Positions 1 through 10,109 of a DNA stretch of 50,391 bases are shown piece after piece. How positions within the stretch are numbered: the first letter of the stretch is position 1; the number at the start of each line of letters is the position of its first letter. The stretch is from Geothrix sp. (GTDB lineage Bacteria > Acidobacteriota > Holophagae > Holophagales > Holophagaceae), in NCBI GenBank assembly GCA_036504935.1, contig DASXUH010000038.1, forward strand, positions 1 to 50,391. The letters run 5' to 3'. The notes below the pieces were generated by a model. The model did no database searches. It had not been told where the DNA came from and saw nothing but the letters and a program-made list of their open reading frames with translations. Made by a program: the position numbers and the translations under genes.

Positions 1-1488
1 TGGCTGCGCGGGGGCGCCTTCGCGGATCCGGAGCGCTTCGAACCGGTCACCGCGCTCGTCGTGGGTGGAGGCGTGGCGGGACTCAGCGCCGCCTGGCGGC
101 TGGCGGGAGGCGGGCTGGATGATTTCCGCGTACTGGAACTGGAGCCTGAACCAGGTGGAACCTCCAGGTCCGGCCGCAACCACGTCAGCGCCTTCCCCTG
201 GGCCGCCCACTACCTGCCCGTGCCGGACCGCGGCAACCACGCGGTACTGCGCCTGCTGAAAGAATGCGGGGTGCTGGAAGGCTTTGACGCCAAGGGTGAC
301 CCCGTCTTCGCGGAGGAAGCCACGGTGCGCGCTCCCGAGGAGCGGATCTTCGCCTACGGCCAGTGGTGGGAAGGGCTCTACCTGCGGGCCGGCGCCAGCG
401 CCGAGGATGAGCGCCAGTACCACGCCTTCTTCCGCGAGGTGGACCGCTGGGCCGCCTTCCGTGACGTGAAGGGGCGGCCCGCCTTCAGCATCCCGCGCTC
501 CCGCTGCTCGGACGCGCCCGAGGCCGTGGCCCTGGACGGCCAATCCTTCGCCGCCTGGCTGGACCAACGCGGCTTCTCCTCGCCCCGCCTGCGCTGGCTG
601 CTGGACTACGCCTGCCGCGACGACTACGGCTCCCGCCTGGACACCACCAGCGCCTGGGCGGGCCTCTTCTACTTCGCGGCCCGGAAGCAGGGCCCGGGCG
701 AGGATTCCCGGCCCCTGCTCACCTGGCCCGAGGGCAACGGATTCCTCATCAACCACCTGCGCCGGGCCAGCGGTGACCGGCTGCACTGCGGCCTGATGGC
801 CACCGCCATCCGCGAGGAGAAGGACGGCCTCCTGGTCACCGCCTGGGACAACCTGAACCAGCGGCGGGTGGGCTGGAAGGCCAAGCACGTGATCTTTGCG
901 GGGCCGCAGCATGTGGCGAAGCACGTCATCGCGGGCCTGGCCGGGGCGCGGCCGGCCGCGGCCCGCATCCGCAACGCCCCCTGGCTGGTGGCCAACCTCA
1001 CCCTGCGGGCGCGCCCCAAGGAACCCACCTTTCCGCTGGCCTGGGACAACGTGCTGCGCGACAGCGAGGCCCTGGGCTACGTGGCGGCCACCCACCAGAG
1101 CCTGCGCGACCACGGCCCGTCGGTCTGGACCTGGTACCGGCCCTTCGCGGGTGCCGACTGCGCGGCCGAGCGGGCGCGCCTGCGCTCCCTGGACTGGCCC
1201 ACCTGCGCGCGCATGGTGATGGACGATCTGCGCCCCGCCCACCCGGACCTGGAAGGCCTGGTGGCCCGGCTCGATGTGATGCGCTGGGGCCACGCCATGG
1301 TCCGCCCGGCGCCGGGTCTGCTGTGGGATCCCGCCTTCCTGGCGCTCTCCAGACCCTTCGGCCGCATCCACTTCGCCCACACGGAACTTAGCGGCCTGGC
1401 CCTCTTCGAGGAGGCCCAGGACCACGGCCTTCGAGCTGCGGAAGAGGTGCTGGCCGCTTCAGGACGCCGCGGCGAGAGCTGGCGCTAG
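1..1488 (+). CDS. FAD-dependent oxidoreductase (flavin amine oxidase-like), 5' end outside window
   Basis: Frame open from base 1 (WLRGGAFADPERFEPVTALVVGGGVAGLSAA); GxGxxG Rossmann motif; C-terminal RWGHAM and FAHTELSG..LFEEA motifs. Confidence 0.85.
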   Translation, partial: WLRGGAFADPERFEPVTALVVGGGVAGLSAAWRLAGGGLDDFRVLELEPEPGGTSRSGRNHVSAFPWAAHYLPVPDRGNHAVLRLLKECGVLEGFDAKGDPVFAEEATVRAPEERIFAYGQWWEGLYLRAGASAEDERQYHAFFREVDRWAAFRDVKGRPAFSIPRSRCSDAPEAVALDGQSFAAWLDQRGFSSPRLRWLLDYACRDDYGSRLDTTSAWAGLFYFAARKQGPGEDSRPLLTWPEGNGFLINHLRRASGDRLHCGLMATAIREEKDGLLVTAWDNLNQRRVGWKAKHVIFAGPQHVAKHVIAGLAGARPAAARIRNAPWLVANLTLRARPKEPTFPLAWDNVLRDSEALGYVAATHQSLRDHGPSVWTWYRPFAGADCAAERARLRSLDWPTCARMVMDDLRPAHPDLEGLVARLDVMRWGHAMVRPAPGLLWDPAFLALSRPFGRIHFAHTELSGLALFEEAQDHGLRAAEEVLAASGRRGESWR

Positions 1489-1989
1489 CTGCTGCTTCTG
1501 CTCCACCAGCCGGGCCCCACCCTGGGCGGGGATGGTCACGATCCAGATCCGGTCGTAGGTATCCAGCGACCAGTAGGGCACGGCTCCCTTCACCCCCAGG
1601 GCGCGGACCAGCTTCTTCATCAGGTCGTGATGCCAGCAGACGAGGACAGTGCGCCCGCGCTGGTCCCGGAGGATCTCCGCCGCCAGGGCCTCGCTGCCGT
1701 CCTTCGGCCGCACGAAGGGAACCAGGCCGAGCTTGCTTGCCGTGGGGGCCATGGTCTGCTGCGTGCGCCGCAGGTCCGAAGTGTAGAGCGCCGCGGGATG
1801 GTACCCCGCCAGCAGCGGCACCAGGGCCTCGGCCCGATGCTGACCGGCCTCGGCCAGGGGCGAATCTCCGTCGAAGATCGACTGACGTTCCGCATGCCTG
1901 AACAGAACCACCGTCGTGTCCTGGGCGGCGAGCCCCACCGCGGACAGGAACAACCAGGCAAGGAGGAATCCGGATCGGGCAGCGGTCAT
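1459..1989 (-). CDS. Secreted histidine phosphatase (phosphoglycerate mutase/SixA-like)
   Basis: Signal peptide, RHAE catalytic motif, SDLRRTQQT and VCWHH motifs. Confidence 0.85.
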   Translation of the reverse strand: MTAARSGFLLAWLFLSAVGLAAQDTTVVLFRHAERQSIFDGDSPLAEAGQHRAEALVPLLAGYHPAALYTSDLRRTQQTMAPTASKLGLVPFVRPKDGSEALAAEILRDQRGRTVLVCWHHDLMKKLVRALGVKGAVPYWSLDTYDRIWIVTIPAQGGARLVEQKQQLAPALAAAS

Positions 1990-2278
1990 GGGGGGGCTCC
2001 GCCCTCAAGGTTAACGGAGGCCCGACTCCCCTGTGATGGCGGGCACATGCTCTCCCATCGACCTGAAAGGTCCCGACACTTGCAGCGATCTGTTTCTTCC
2101 CATGGCCTCCGGTAGTGGAGCCAGCGGACCGGTTGGACCATGTGGTAACACTATTCATTGTTTTCTTTATGCTCCAATTGGAATGATCTCATCGATCTTG
2201 ACGCCCTCCGCCCCAGGGTGAGCATGGGAGCCAACCAACCCTTATTCAGATTCGGTCCCCCTCCCTGGAGGAAGGTCG

Positions 2279-4081
2279 ATGTCCACCGCCCAGGTTCCAC
2301 CCCTGAAGGCTCCACCGGGCGAAGCTCCGCCGGCCGGAACGGAGTCCCGACTCGCAGCCTTGGCGGAATTGATCCACGGACTGGAGGCCAGGGTCGAAGC
2401 CCTGGAGTCGATCATGCACTCAGCGCCAGCCCCCGCAACGCCGGTCGTAGCGCCGGTTCACTCGACTGGGCCAGTGGCGGAGGAAGGCCCCCTGCTCGAC
2501 GCCAACCTGCCCAGCCCCACCCGCATCCTGGGCCTCCTCGGGCGGGTCTGCCTCATCCTCGGCGGTGCCTACCTCATCCGGACCCTGGTGGACGCCGGCA
2601 CCCTTCCCCATGGCGCGGGCGTGGGCCTCGGCCTCGCCTACGCGGCCGCCTGGGCCGTCCTGGGGCACCGTGCCAAGCGTCCCCTGGATGCTGCCTTCCG
2701 CACCTTGGCCTCCATTCTCATCGCCTACCCGCTGATCATCGAATCCTCCACCCACTTCGGCATTCTGGCGCCGGGGCTGGCGGCCTTCATTCTGGTCGCC
2801 AGCGCGGTGCTTCACGCCGCCGTGGCCTGGCGCCGGGATCTCCACGCCATCCTCTGGATGGCCACACTGGCGGCGTTGAGTTCCGGCTTCATCGTGATGA
2901 TGGCCCGGCGGGCCATCGAACCCTTCGCCACGGCGTTCCTCGCCCTGGGCGCCGGGGCTCTGTGGCTCACCTACGGGCGCCGCTGGCACGGGCTCCGCTG
3001 GCCCACAGCCCTGGCGGCCGATGCCGGTGTCCTGATCCTCACCCTCCTCGCCGCCTGGCCGGGAGGCCCCCAGGGCGTCTACCGCGGGCTGTCGCTGAAC
3101 CGGGCCCTGTTCCTGGCCCTCGCCCTCGCGGCGATCTACATCGGCAGCTTCGCCATCAGGATGCTCCAGCGGCGCCGGGTGGTGAACGCCTTCGAGTTCA
3201 TCCAGACCGCCCTGGTTCTCCTGGTGGGTTTCGGGGGCGCCGTGCGTGTTTCCCTGGCTTCAGGTTCTGGCACGGTCCTCCTCGGGGCAGGGGTCTCCTT
3301 GGCCGGCGTGGGCTGCTACGCCGCCGCCCTCCCCTTCGCGGATGACCATGAGGAGGCCCGGCCGAACTTCAACTTCTTCACGTTCCTGGCCCTGATCTTC
3401 CTACTGCTGGGCGGCCCCTTCGTCCTGCCGCTGCCCCTGTTCGCCACCTTCAGCGGAATCCTGGGACTGGCGGCCATGGTGGCCGCGCTCCACATGCGCC
3501 GGAAGGTGCTGGTCTTCCAGAGCGGCCTCTACCTGACGGCCTCCGCTCTGGCCTCCGGACTGGGTTCCTGGGCCCTCCATGTATTCATGGACCCCGTCGG
3601 GCCGACAGCCCCGGCCTCTCCGGCAGGCCTGGCCAGCCTGGTCGCACTGTTCGCCACCCTGGCGGTCTTCCTGGCCCGCCGGCCCCCGGATCCCGTCACC
3701 ATCCTGATGCGGCCGGCCATCCAGGTGATGGGCGCCCTGGCGGCAGCGGGCCTTGGTGCCCTGGCGATCTGGGCCTGCTGCGGCGGCAGGGCGCCTGATC
3801 CCGGTGGCCTGGCCCTGGCCCGCACCCTGGTGCTGTCCGCCCTCGCCATCGCCCTGGCCTGGCTGGGGCGCCGGGTGCCCGTGCTGGACCTGCGGTGGAT
3901 GGTCTATCCGCTCCTGGCCATCACCACCCTCAAGTTCCTGCTTGAGGACATGGCGGTGGGGCGCCCCCTGACCCTTTTCCTCGCCTTCATGGGCTTCGGG
4001 ACCACGCTCATCCTCGCACCGCGCCTCCTGAAGAATCCGGCGGCCCGGGAAGTGGATGAAGACGGGGAGGACGCCCCATGA
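2279..4081 (+). CDS. Polytopic membrane protein (DUF2339-like)
   Basis: 600 aa; short N-terminal coiled coil and Pro-rich linker, then many hydrophobic helices; GGAGG RBS upstream. Confidence 0.65.
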   Translation: MSTAQVPPLKAPPGEAPPAGTESRLAALAELIHGLEARVEALESIMHSAPAPATPVVAPVHSTGPVAEEGPLLDANLPSPTRILGLLGRVCLILGGAYLIRTLVDAGTLPHGAGVGLGLAYAAAWAVLGHRAKRPLDAAFRTLASILIAYPLIIESSTHFGILAPGLAAFILVASAVLHAAVAWRRDLHAILWMATLAALSSGFIVMMARRAIEPFATAFLALGAGALWLTYGRRWHGLRWPTALAADAGVLILTLLAAWPGGPQGVYRGLSLNRALFLALALAAIYIGSFAIRMLQRRRVVNAFEFIQTALVLLVGFGGAVRVSLASGSGTVLLGAGVSLAGVGCYAAALPFADDHEEARPNFNFFTFLALIFLLLGGPFVLPLPLFATFSGILGLAAMVAALHMRRKVLVFQSGLYLTASALASGLGSWALHVFMDPVGPTAPASPAGLASLVALFATLAVFLARRPPDPVTILMRPAIQVMGALAAAGLGALAIWACCGGRAPDPGGLALARTLVLSALAIALAWLGRRVPVLDLRWMVYPLLAITTLKFLLEDMAVGRPLTLFLAFMGFGTTLILAPRLLKNPAAREVDEDGEDAP

Positions 4082-4158
4082 CGAACCGCCATCAGCCCGA
4101 GAACCCAGGTCCGATTCCTCCGCCGCCCAGCGGCCCAGCTCCACGAAAGGAACCACCC

Positions 4159-4731
4159 ATGCGCTTCCCGACTCTGTCCACACTGGCGGCAGGTCTGTTG
4201 ATCCTCCTGGGGTCCGCCGCCTTCGCGGACCCGCCCGCCGCCAAGCCGCCCTCCGGAACCAAGGCGGAAGACCTTGCGGCCCCCGAGGGCATCCAGGTGC
4301 CCAAGCCCCCCTTCAGTGAAGGCATCTTCCCCTGCACCTCCTGCCACGACGGGAAGAGCATGAAACCGGACACCCGGCGCCGGGAGCTCACCGGCATGCA
4401 CGGGGACATCACCCTCAGCCACGGCCCCGCGAGCCGCTGGTGCCTGGACTGCCACGACGCCAACAACCGCGACAGCCTCCACCTGGCCAGCGGCGAGAAG
4501 ATCGCGTTCACCGCCTCCTACCTGCTCTGCGGGCAGTGCCACGGGGACAAGCTGCGCGACTGGCGGGTGGGCGTCCACGGCAAGCGCACCGGCAGCTGGA
4601 ATGGGGCCAAGCAGTACCTGCTCTGTGTCAACTGCCACAATCCGCACACACCAAGATTCCAGGCCCTGAAACCCATGCCGGCCCCGACTCCGCCGGAACA
4701 GATCCAGACCCGGAAAGGGGGTGCCCGATGA
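4159..4731 (+). CDS. Periplasmic tetraheme c-type cytochrome
   Basis: Signal peptide MRFPTLSTLAAGLLILLGSAAFA after AAGGA RBS; four CxxCH motifs (CTSCH, CLDCH, CGQCH, CVNCH); alternative start 4078. Confidence 0.9.
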   Translation: MRFPTLSTLAAGLLILLGSAAFADPPAAKPPSGTKAEDLAAPEGIQVPKPPFSEGIFPCTSCHDGKSMKPDTRRRELTGMHGDITLSHGPASRWCLDCHDANNRDSLHLASGEKIAFTASYLLCGQCHGDKLRDWRVGVHGKRTGSWNGAKQYLLCVNCHNPHTPRFQALKPMPAPTPPEQIQTRKGGAR

Positions 4732-5660
4732 CGGACCAGAAGCCCATGTGCCCCTCGGAGGGCTGCGAAACCTCCACCGCCGGCTGCGGCAGCCGCCGCG
4801 AATTCCTCGGCGCCGCCACGGCCGCCATGGCCGCCGCTCTCACCGGCTGCGGCACGCTCAGCAAAGAGGAATTCCTCCAACACAACTTCAAGGAGCTGTC
4901 GAAGGACGAGGTCCTCTCGGTCATCGATCGCCTGGAGAAAGAATACAAGGCGAAGTACGGCAAGGAGGTGAAGGTCGCCAACACGCCGCCCATCCCCGGC
5001 GTGATCTTCGGCTACGCCCTTGATCTCAGCCGCTGCATCGGCTGCCGCCGGTGCGTGCATGCCTGCGTGAAGGAGAACAACCAGTCCCGGGATCCCGAAG
5101 TGCAGTGGATCCGTGTCCTCCAGATGGACAAGGAGGAGGGCGTCAACCTCCAGCACGCCGACCAGTACTACAACCCGGAGGAGGTGCCTCAGGAGGGCCA
5201 CTTCTATATGCCGGTCCAGTGCCAGCAGTGCAAAAAACCGCCCTGCACGAAGGTCTGCCCCGTGGGCGCCACCTGGCGCGACAAGGATGGCATCGTGGTC
5301 GTGGACTACAACTGGTGCATCGGTTGCCGCTACTGCATGGCCGCCTGCCCCTACGGCGCCCGCCACTTCAATTGGGGCGAACCCCACCTGCCCGCGGACG
5401 AGGTCAATCCCAAGACCCACTACCTCGGCAACCGGCCGCGGCCCAAGGGCGTGGTGGAGAAGTGCACCTTCTGCATCCAGCGCACCCGCAACGGCCTCTA
5501 CCCGGCCTGCGTGGAGATCTGCCCCACGGGCTCGCGCAAGTTCGGGAACCTCCTCGACAAGGACAGCGAGATCCGCTACATCCTGGAAAACAAGCGCGTC
5601 TTCAAGTTCAAGGAAGACCTGAACACCCAACCCAACTTCTTCTACTTCTACGGGGTGTGA
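4728..5660 (+). CDS. 4Fe-4S dicluster electron-transfer subunit (NrfC/DsrO-like), Tat-exported
   Basis: ATGA overlap with cytochrome stop; SRREFL twin-arginine motif; four Cys clusters (CIGCRRCVHAC, CQQCKKPPC..VCP, CIGCRYCMAACP, CTFC..PACVEICP). Confidence 0.92.
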   Translation: MTDQKPMCPSEGCETSTAGCGSRREFLGAATAAMAAALTGCGTLSKEEFLQHNFKELSKDEVLSVIDRLEKEYKAKYGKEVKVANTPPIPGVIFGYALDLSRCIGCRRCVHACVKENNQSRDPEVQWIRVLQMDKEEGVNLQHADQYYNPEEVPQEGHFYMPVQCQQCKKPPCTKVCPVGATWRDKDGIVVVDYNWCIGCRYCMAACPYGARHFNWGEPHLPADEVNPKTHYLGNRPRPKGVVEKCTFCIQRTRNGLYPACVEICPTGSRKFGNLLDKDSEIRYILENKRVFKFKEDLNTQPNFFYFYGV

Positions 5661-5664
5661 GGCC

Positions 5665-6918
5665 ATGTTCACGCTGAGAAACTTCTCGGGGTTCTTTTCC
5701 GACACGCTCCGGCTCGTCACCAAGGGCGGCCTCCTCTATTACGCCTGGGTCGGCTTCCTCCTGGTCCTCATCGCCATCGGGGCCGGCGCCTACATCGGCC
5801 AGTTGAAGGACGGCCTCATCGTCACCAGGATGCGCGACCAGGTCTCGTGGGGCTTCTATATCGGCAACTTCACCTTCCTGGTGGGTGTGGCCGCCGCCGC
5901 CATCATGCTGGTCATCCCCGCCTACATCTACGACTGGGAGCCCATCAAGGAGATCACCATCCTGGGCGAGATGCTAGCCATCAGCGCCCTCATCATGTGC
6001 CTGGGCTTCGTGATGGTGGATATTGGCCGGCCCGACCGGTTCTGGCACATCATCCCCCTGGTGGGCCGCCTCAACTGGCCCCAGTCCATGCTGGCGTGGG
6101 ACGTGATCGTGCTGAACCTCTACCTGCTGCTGAACTGGTTCGTGGTCACCTACCTGCTCTTCTGCGCCTACACCGAGCGGCACTACGTGAAGAAGCTCGT
6201 GCTGCCCCTGGTGCTGCTGTCCATCCCCATGGCCGTAAGCATCCACACCGTCACGGCCTATCTCTACAACGGCTTGGCGGCGCGGCCCTTCTGGAACTCC
6301 GCCATCCTCGCGCCCCGGTTCCTCGCATCGGCCTTCTGCTCGGGCCCCGCCATCCTGCTCATCCTGCTCCAGGTGCTGCGGAAGACCACCAAGCTCACCA
6401 TCAAGGACGAGGCCATTTTCAAGATCGCGGAACTCATGGCCTACACCATGGGCTTCAATCTCTTCCTCACCGCGGCGGAGGCCTTCAAGGAGCTGTACTC
6501 GGGCACCGAGCACATGGTGTACTTCCAGTACCTGCTGTTCGGCCTCAGGGGCCACGCCACCCTGGTGCCTTACGCCTGGGCTTCCATCCTCTGCGGCCTT
6601 GCGGCCTTCATCCTCTTCCTCGTGCCCCGCACCCGCACCAACTGGGTGACGCTGAACATCGGCTGCGTGCTCATCTATGCCAGCGTCTACATCGAGAAGG
6701 GCATGGGCCTCATCATCCCGGGCCTCACGCCGGACGTGCTGGGGGACATCTACGTCTACCAGCCCTCCTTCACGGAGGTCGCCGTGGCCGCGGGCATCTT
6801 CGCCATCGGCTTCCTGGTCTTCACCCTCATGCTGAAGGCCGCCGTGCCCATGATGCTGGGCGAGTTCACGATCTCCAAGGGAAGAGCCCCGAAGGAGGCC
6901 CCGCCGCAGGAAATCTAG
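5665..6918 (+). CDS. NrfD/PsrC/DsrP-family quinol-interacting membrane subunit
   Basis: VSWGFYIGNFTFLVGVAA, DIGRPDRFWH, SMLAWD and ARPFWNS motifs; about 10 TM helices. Confidence 0.9.
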   Translation: MFTLRNFSGFFSDTLRLVTKGGLLYYAWVGFLLVLIAIGAGAYIGQLKDGLIVTRMRDQVSWGFYIGNFTFLVGVAAAAIMLVIPAYIYDWEPIKEITILGEMLAISALIMCLGFVMVDIGRPDRFWHIIPLVGRLNWPQSMLAWDVIVLNLYLLLNWFVVTYLLFCAYTERHYVKKLVLPLVLLSIPMAVSIHTVTAYLYNGLAARPFWNSAILAPRFLASAFCSGPAILLILLQVLRKTTKLTIKDEAIFKIAELMAYTMGFNLFLTAAEAFKELYSGTEHMVYFQYLLFGLRGHATLVPYAWASILCGLAAFILFLVPRTRTNWVTLNIGCVLIYASVYIEKGMGLIIPGLTPDVLGDIYVYQPSFTEVAVAAGIFAIGFLVFTLMLKAAVPMMLGEFTISKGRAPKEAPPQEI

Positions 6919-7997
6919 ATCCCGGGATCCTCGTCGCGTTCCTCATCGGGGTTCGCGGCGAAGATCGCCGCGAAGCGGTCCAGGTTCGCCAGGAAGAGGT
7001 CCACCAGGTCGGGATCGAAATGGACGCCCCGGCCCCTCTGGATGAGTGCCACCACCTGGTCCTCGGACCAGGCGTCCTTGTAGTGCCGCCGGCTGCTGGC
7101 CGCATCGAAGACATCCACCAGGGTGGTGATGCGGGCCTCGATGGGGATGGACTTGCCCTTCAAGCCCTTCGGATAGCCCGTGCCATCCCACTTCTCGTGA
7201 TGGCCGATGGCGATGCGGGCTCCCATCTGGATGAAGGGGACCTTCGAGCCCTTCAGGATGGTGGCGCCCATGGACGTATGCCGCCGCATGGTGACCCATT
7301 CCTCCTCGGTGAGGGCGCCGGGCTTCTGGAGGATGGCGTCCGGCACGCCGACCTTCCCGATATCGTGCATGGGCGCGGCGGACCGGATGGTCTCGACGGC
7401 CTCCTGATCCCAGCCAAGCAGAGTCCCCATCTCCGCGGCATAGAGGCCGATGCGGCGGACGTGCGTCCCCGTCTCGTGGTCCCGGTGCTCGCTGGCGGAA
7501 ATGAGACGGAGGGCGACCTCCTCACGGGAGGCGCGGATCTGCTCGGTCTGTTCACGGACCTTCCGGGCCAGCTGGGCCTCCCGGTCCCGGAAGGCGATCT
7601 CCAGCATGCGGCGCCGCAGGGCGGCGTTCACCTGCACCACGATCTCCCTGGGCTGGAAGGGCTTCAGGATGTAGCCGAAGGCGCCCTGCTGGAGGCACTC
7701 GATGGCCGTCTCCGTCGCCTCCGTGGAACTCACCATCACCACGGAGATGTCGGGGATGCGGGGCTGGAGGGCCTTCACTAGATCAAGGCCCGAGGCCCCC
7801 GGCATCTGGATGTCGCTGAGGACCAGGTCTGAGGGCTCCTCGTCCAGGGCCTGGAGGGCGCCGGGCACATCCTCGGCCACGCGGCAGCGGTAGCCAGCCT
7901 TCGTGAGGATCCGCTCGAGCGAAAGGCGAATGATGGGCAGGTCATCCACGATCAGGATGCTGACCTGCTGGGGTACCACCTGGATTTCGTCGCCCAT
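6915..7997 (-). CDS. Response regulator with HD-GYP c-di-GMP phosphodiesterase domain (RpfG-like)
   Basis: REC domain (IVDD, LSDIQMP, LKPF); HDIGK and HHEKWDGTGYP motifs. Confidence 0.95.
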   Translation of the reverse strand: MGDEIQVVPQQVSILIVDDLPIIRLSLERILTKAGYRCRVAEDVPGALQALDEEPSDLVLSDIQMPGASGLDLVKALQPRIPDISVVMVSSTEATETAIECLQQGAFGYILKPFQPREIVVQVNAALRRRMLEIAFRDREAQLARKVREQTEQIRASREEVALRLISASEHRDHETGTHVRRIGLYAAEMGTLLGWDQEAVETIRSAAPMHDIGKVGVPDAILQKPGALTEEEWVTMRRHTSMGATILKGSKVPFIQMGARIAIGHHEKWDGTGYPKGLKGKSIPIEARITTLVDVFDAASSRRHYKDAWSEDQVVALIQRGRGVHFDPDLVDLFLANLDRFAAIFAANPDEERDEDPGI

Positions 7998-8125
7998 GGA
8001 CCTTCCCTGGGTTGAACTTCAACTGCACGCATGTTTGATGATCGTCGCAGTCGATCATCGCATGGGCAGAAAAAACCTTGAAGCCTCCTTACTGGAGTTC
8101 CAGGTTAGGTTGCCGATGGCAACAT

Positions 8126-8572
8126 CTATCGGGCCCACGCCAGGGAATCGCGCTTTGCCGCATAGTGGGCGCCCAGGCCCAGGGCACTGGCCTGCTCGCA
8201 GAGCTCCAGGGCCGTGCGGAAATCCCCCAGCTCACTGTGGGCCTGGATGCCCCGCTCGAAGCAGGTCAGCTCCTCCAGCAACCGGCGGTACTCATGCGGA
8301 AAGGCCGCCTCCAGATCAGGCAGGTAGCCCAGGGCCGAGGCTACTGAAGCCGCGCAATCCTCCCACAACCCGCACTGGGCCTGGGCTTCCGCCGTCAGAT
8401 CATAGGCGATGGCCTTCACGGCATTCGGCAGGCTGGCCTGCCCCTCGAAGGTGCGGCGCAGGTATTTGAGTGCGGATTCCGGACCGCTGAAAGCCGCCTC
8501 GCGGTGCCCCGCCCGCAGGTCCTCCAGGACATCCTTCACCGATTTGCGGACAGGTTCCGCGCGCTTCGCCAC
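8126..8572 (-). CDS. Hypothetical alpha-helical (TPR-like) protein coupled to guaA
   Basis: GTG start overlaps guaA TAG; 148 aa with helical pattern. Confidence 0.6.
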   Translation of the reverse strand: MAKRAEPVRKSVKDVLEDLRAGHREAAFSGPESALKYLRRTFEGQASLPNAVKAIAYDLTAEAQAQCGLWEDCAASVASALGYLPDLEAAFPHEYRRLLEELTCFERGIQAHSELGDFRTALELCEQASALGLGAHYAAKRDSLAWAR

Positions 8573-10101
8573 TACTCGTACTCGATCGTGGCGGGCGGCT
8601 TGGAGGTGATGTCGTAGACCACGCGGTTGATGCCCTTGACCTCACGGACGATGCGCTGGGCGATCTTCTCCAGCAGCTCGTGGGGGAGCCGCGCCCAGTC
8701 GGCGGTCATGAAGTCCTCGCTGGTGACGGCCCGGAGGGCGCACATCCACTCGAAGGTGCGCTCGTCGCCCATGATGCCCACGGTCTGCACGGGCAAGAGC
8801 ACGGCAAAGGCCTGGCTGGTCTTGCGGTACCAGCCGCTGTCCTTCAGCTCCTGCATGAAGATGGCGTCGGCGTTCTGCAGGATGGTGGCGCGTTCGCGAG
8901 TGATGGCGCCCGGCAGGCGCACGGCGAGGCCTGGCCCCGGGAACGGATGCCGCTGGTTCATCTCCTCGGGCAGGCCCAGCGCCAGTCCCGTGGCCCGCAC
9001 CTCGTCCTTGAATAGCTCGCGGAGGGGTTCCACCAGCTTCAGCTTCATGCGCTCGGGCAGGCCGCCCACGTTGTGGTGGGACTTCACCAGGATGGCGCCG
9101 CCGATGCCGCTGCTTTCGATCACGTCGGGGTAGGTGGTGCCCTGGCCCAGGAAATCGGCCTTCACCTTGCCGGCCTCGCGCTCGAAGACCTCGATGAACT
9201 TGCCGCCGATGATCTTCCGCTTCTGCTCGGGATCGGTGACGCCCGCCAGGGAACCCAGGAACTCGTCGGAGGCATCCACCCAGATCACGTTGAGCTCGAA
9301 GGGCGCGAAGTAGGCCTGCACCTGCTTCATCTCGTCCTTGCGCATGAGGCCGTGGTCGACGAACACGCAGGTGAGCTGCTTGCCGATGGCCTTGTGCAGC
9401 AGGAGGGCCGCCACGCTGGAATCCACGCCACCGCTGAGGCCCAGCACCACGGTGCCCCTCCCCACCTGCTCCCGGATGACCTTCACCTTCTCATCGATGA
9501 AGTTGCCGGCGTTCCAGTCGAGGGCCATGCCGCAGTGCTTGAGGAAATTCAGCAGCAGGGGTGTGCCCTGGGTGCTGTGGGTGACTTCCGGGTGGAACTG
9601 GAGGCAGTAGATCCCGCGAGCGGGATCCTCCATGGCCGCCACGGGCACGCTGGGTGTCTTGGCCGTGACCGTGAAGCCCGCTGGCGCCACCTCCACATGG
9701 TCGCCGTGGCTCATCCACACCTGCTGGACGTGGGGCAGCCCCTCGAAGAGCATGGACGCCTCGGGCATGGCCTGGATCTCCGCCTTGCCGTACTCCCGGC
9801 TCGCGGAGCGATGCAGCTGCCCTCCGAGGTTCCTGGCCAGAAGCTGCTGCCCGTAGCAGATGCCGAGGATGGGGACGCCGAGGCCGAGAATGGCCGGATC
9901 CAGGTCCGGCGCGCCGGGCTCCAGCACCGAATTGGGACCACCCGACAGAATTACGCCCTTGAGATCCGCCCCAGCGATCTCCTGCGCCGTGGCGCTGGAG
10001 TTGTACACCAGGCCGAAGGCCCCCAGCTCCCGCAGCCGCCGCGTGATGAGCCGCGTGTACTGGCTGCCGTAGTCGATGATCGCGATGCGTTCGTGGTGCA
10101 T
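8572..10101 (-). CDS. guaA: GMP synthase (glutamine-hydrolyzing)
   Basis: IIDYGSQYT, GICYG, QFHPEV, LSGGVDS, KSHHNVGG, YDITSKPPATIE; GGAG RBS before ATG 10101. Confidence 0.98.
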   Translation of the reverse strand: MHHERIAIIDYGSQYTRLITRRLRELGAFGLVYNSSATAQEIAGADLKGVILSGGPNSVLEPGAPDLDPAILGLGVPILGICYGQQLLARNLGGQLHRSASREYGKAEIQAMPEASMLFEGLPHVQQVWMSHGDHVEVAPAGFTVTAKTPSVPVAAMEDPARGIYCLQFHPEVTHSTQGTPLLLNFLKHCGMALDWNAGNFIDEKVKVIREQVGRGTVVLGLSGGVDSSVAALLLHKAIGKQLTCVFVDHGLMRKDEMKQVQAYFAPFELNVIWVDASDEFLGSLAGVTDPEQKRKIIGGKFIEVFEREAGKVKADFLGQGTTYPDVIESSGIGGAILVKSHHNVGGLPERMKLKLVEPLRELFKDEVRATGLALGLPEEMNQRHPFPGPGLAVRLPGAITRERATILQNADAIFMQELKDSGWYRKTSQAFAVLLPVQTVGIMGDERTFEWMCALRAVTSEDFMTADWARLPHELLEKIAQRIVREVKGINRVVYDITSKPPATIEYE

Positions 10102-10109
10102 GGGTGCTC

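Noticed and set aside
2186-2205. FNR-like box upstream of the cytochrome operon
   Set aside because: ATGAT-CTC-ATCGA has the wrong spacing and mismatches relative to TTGAT-N4-ATCAA
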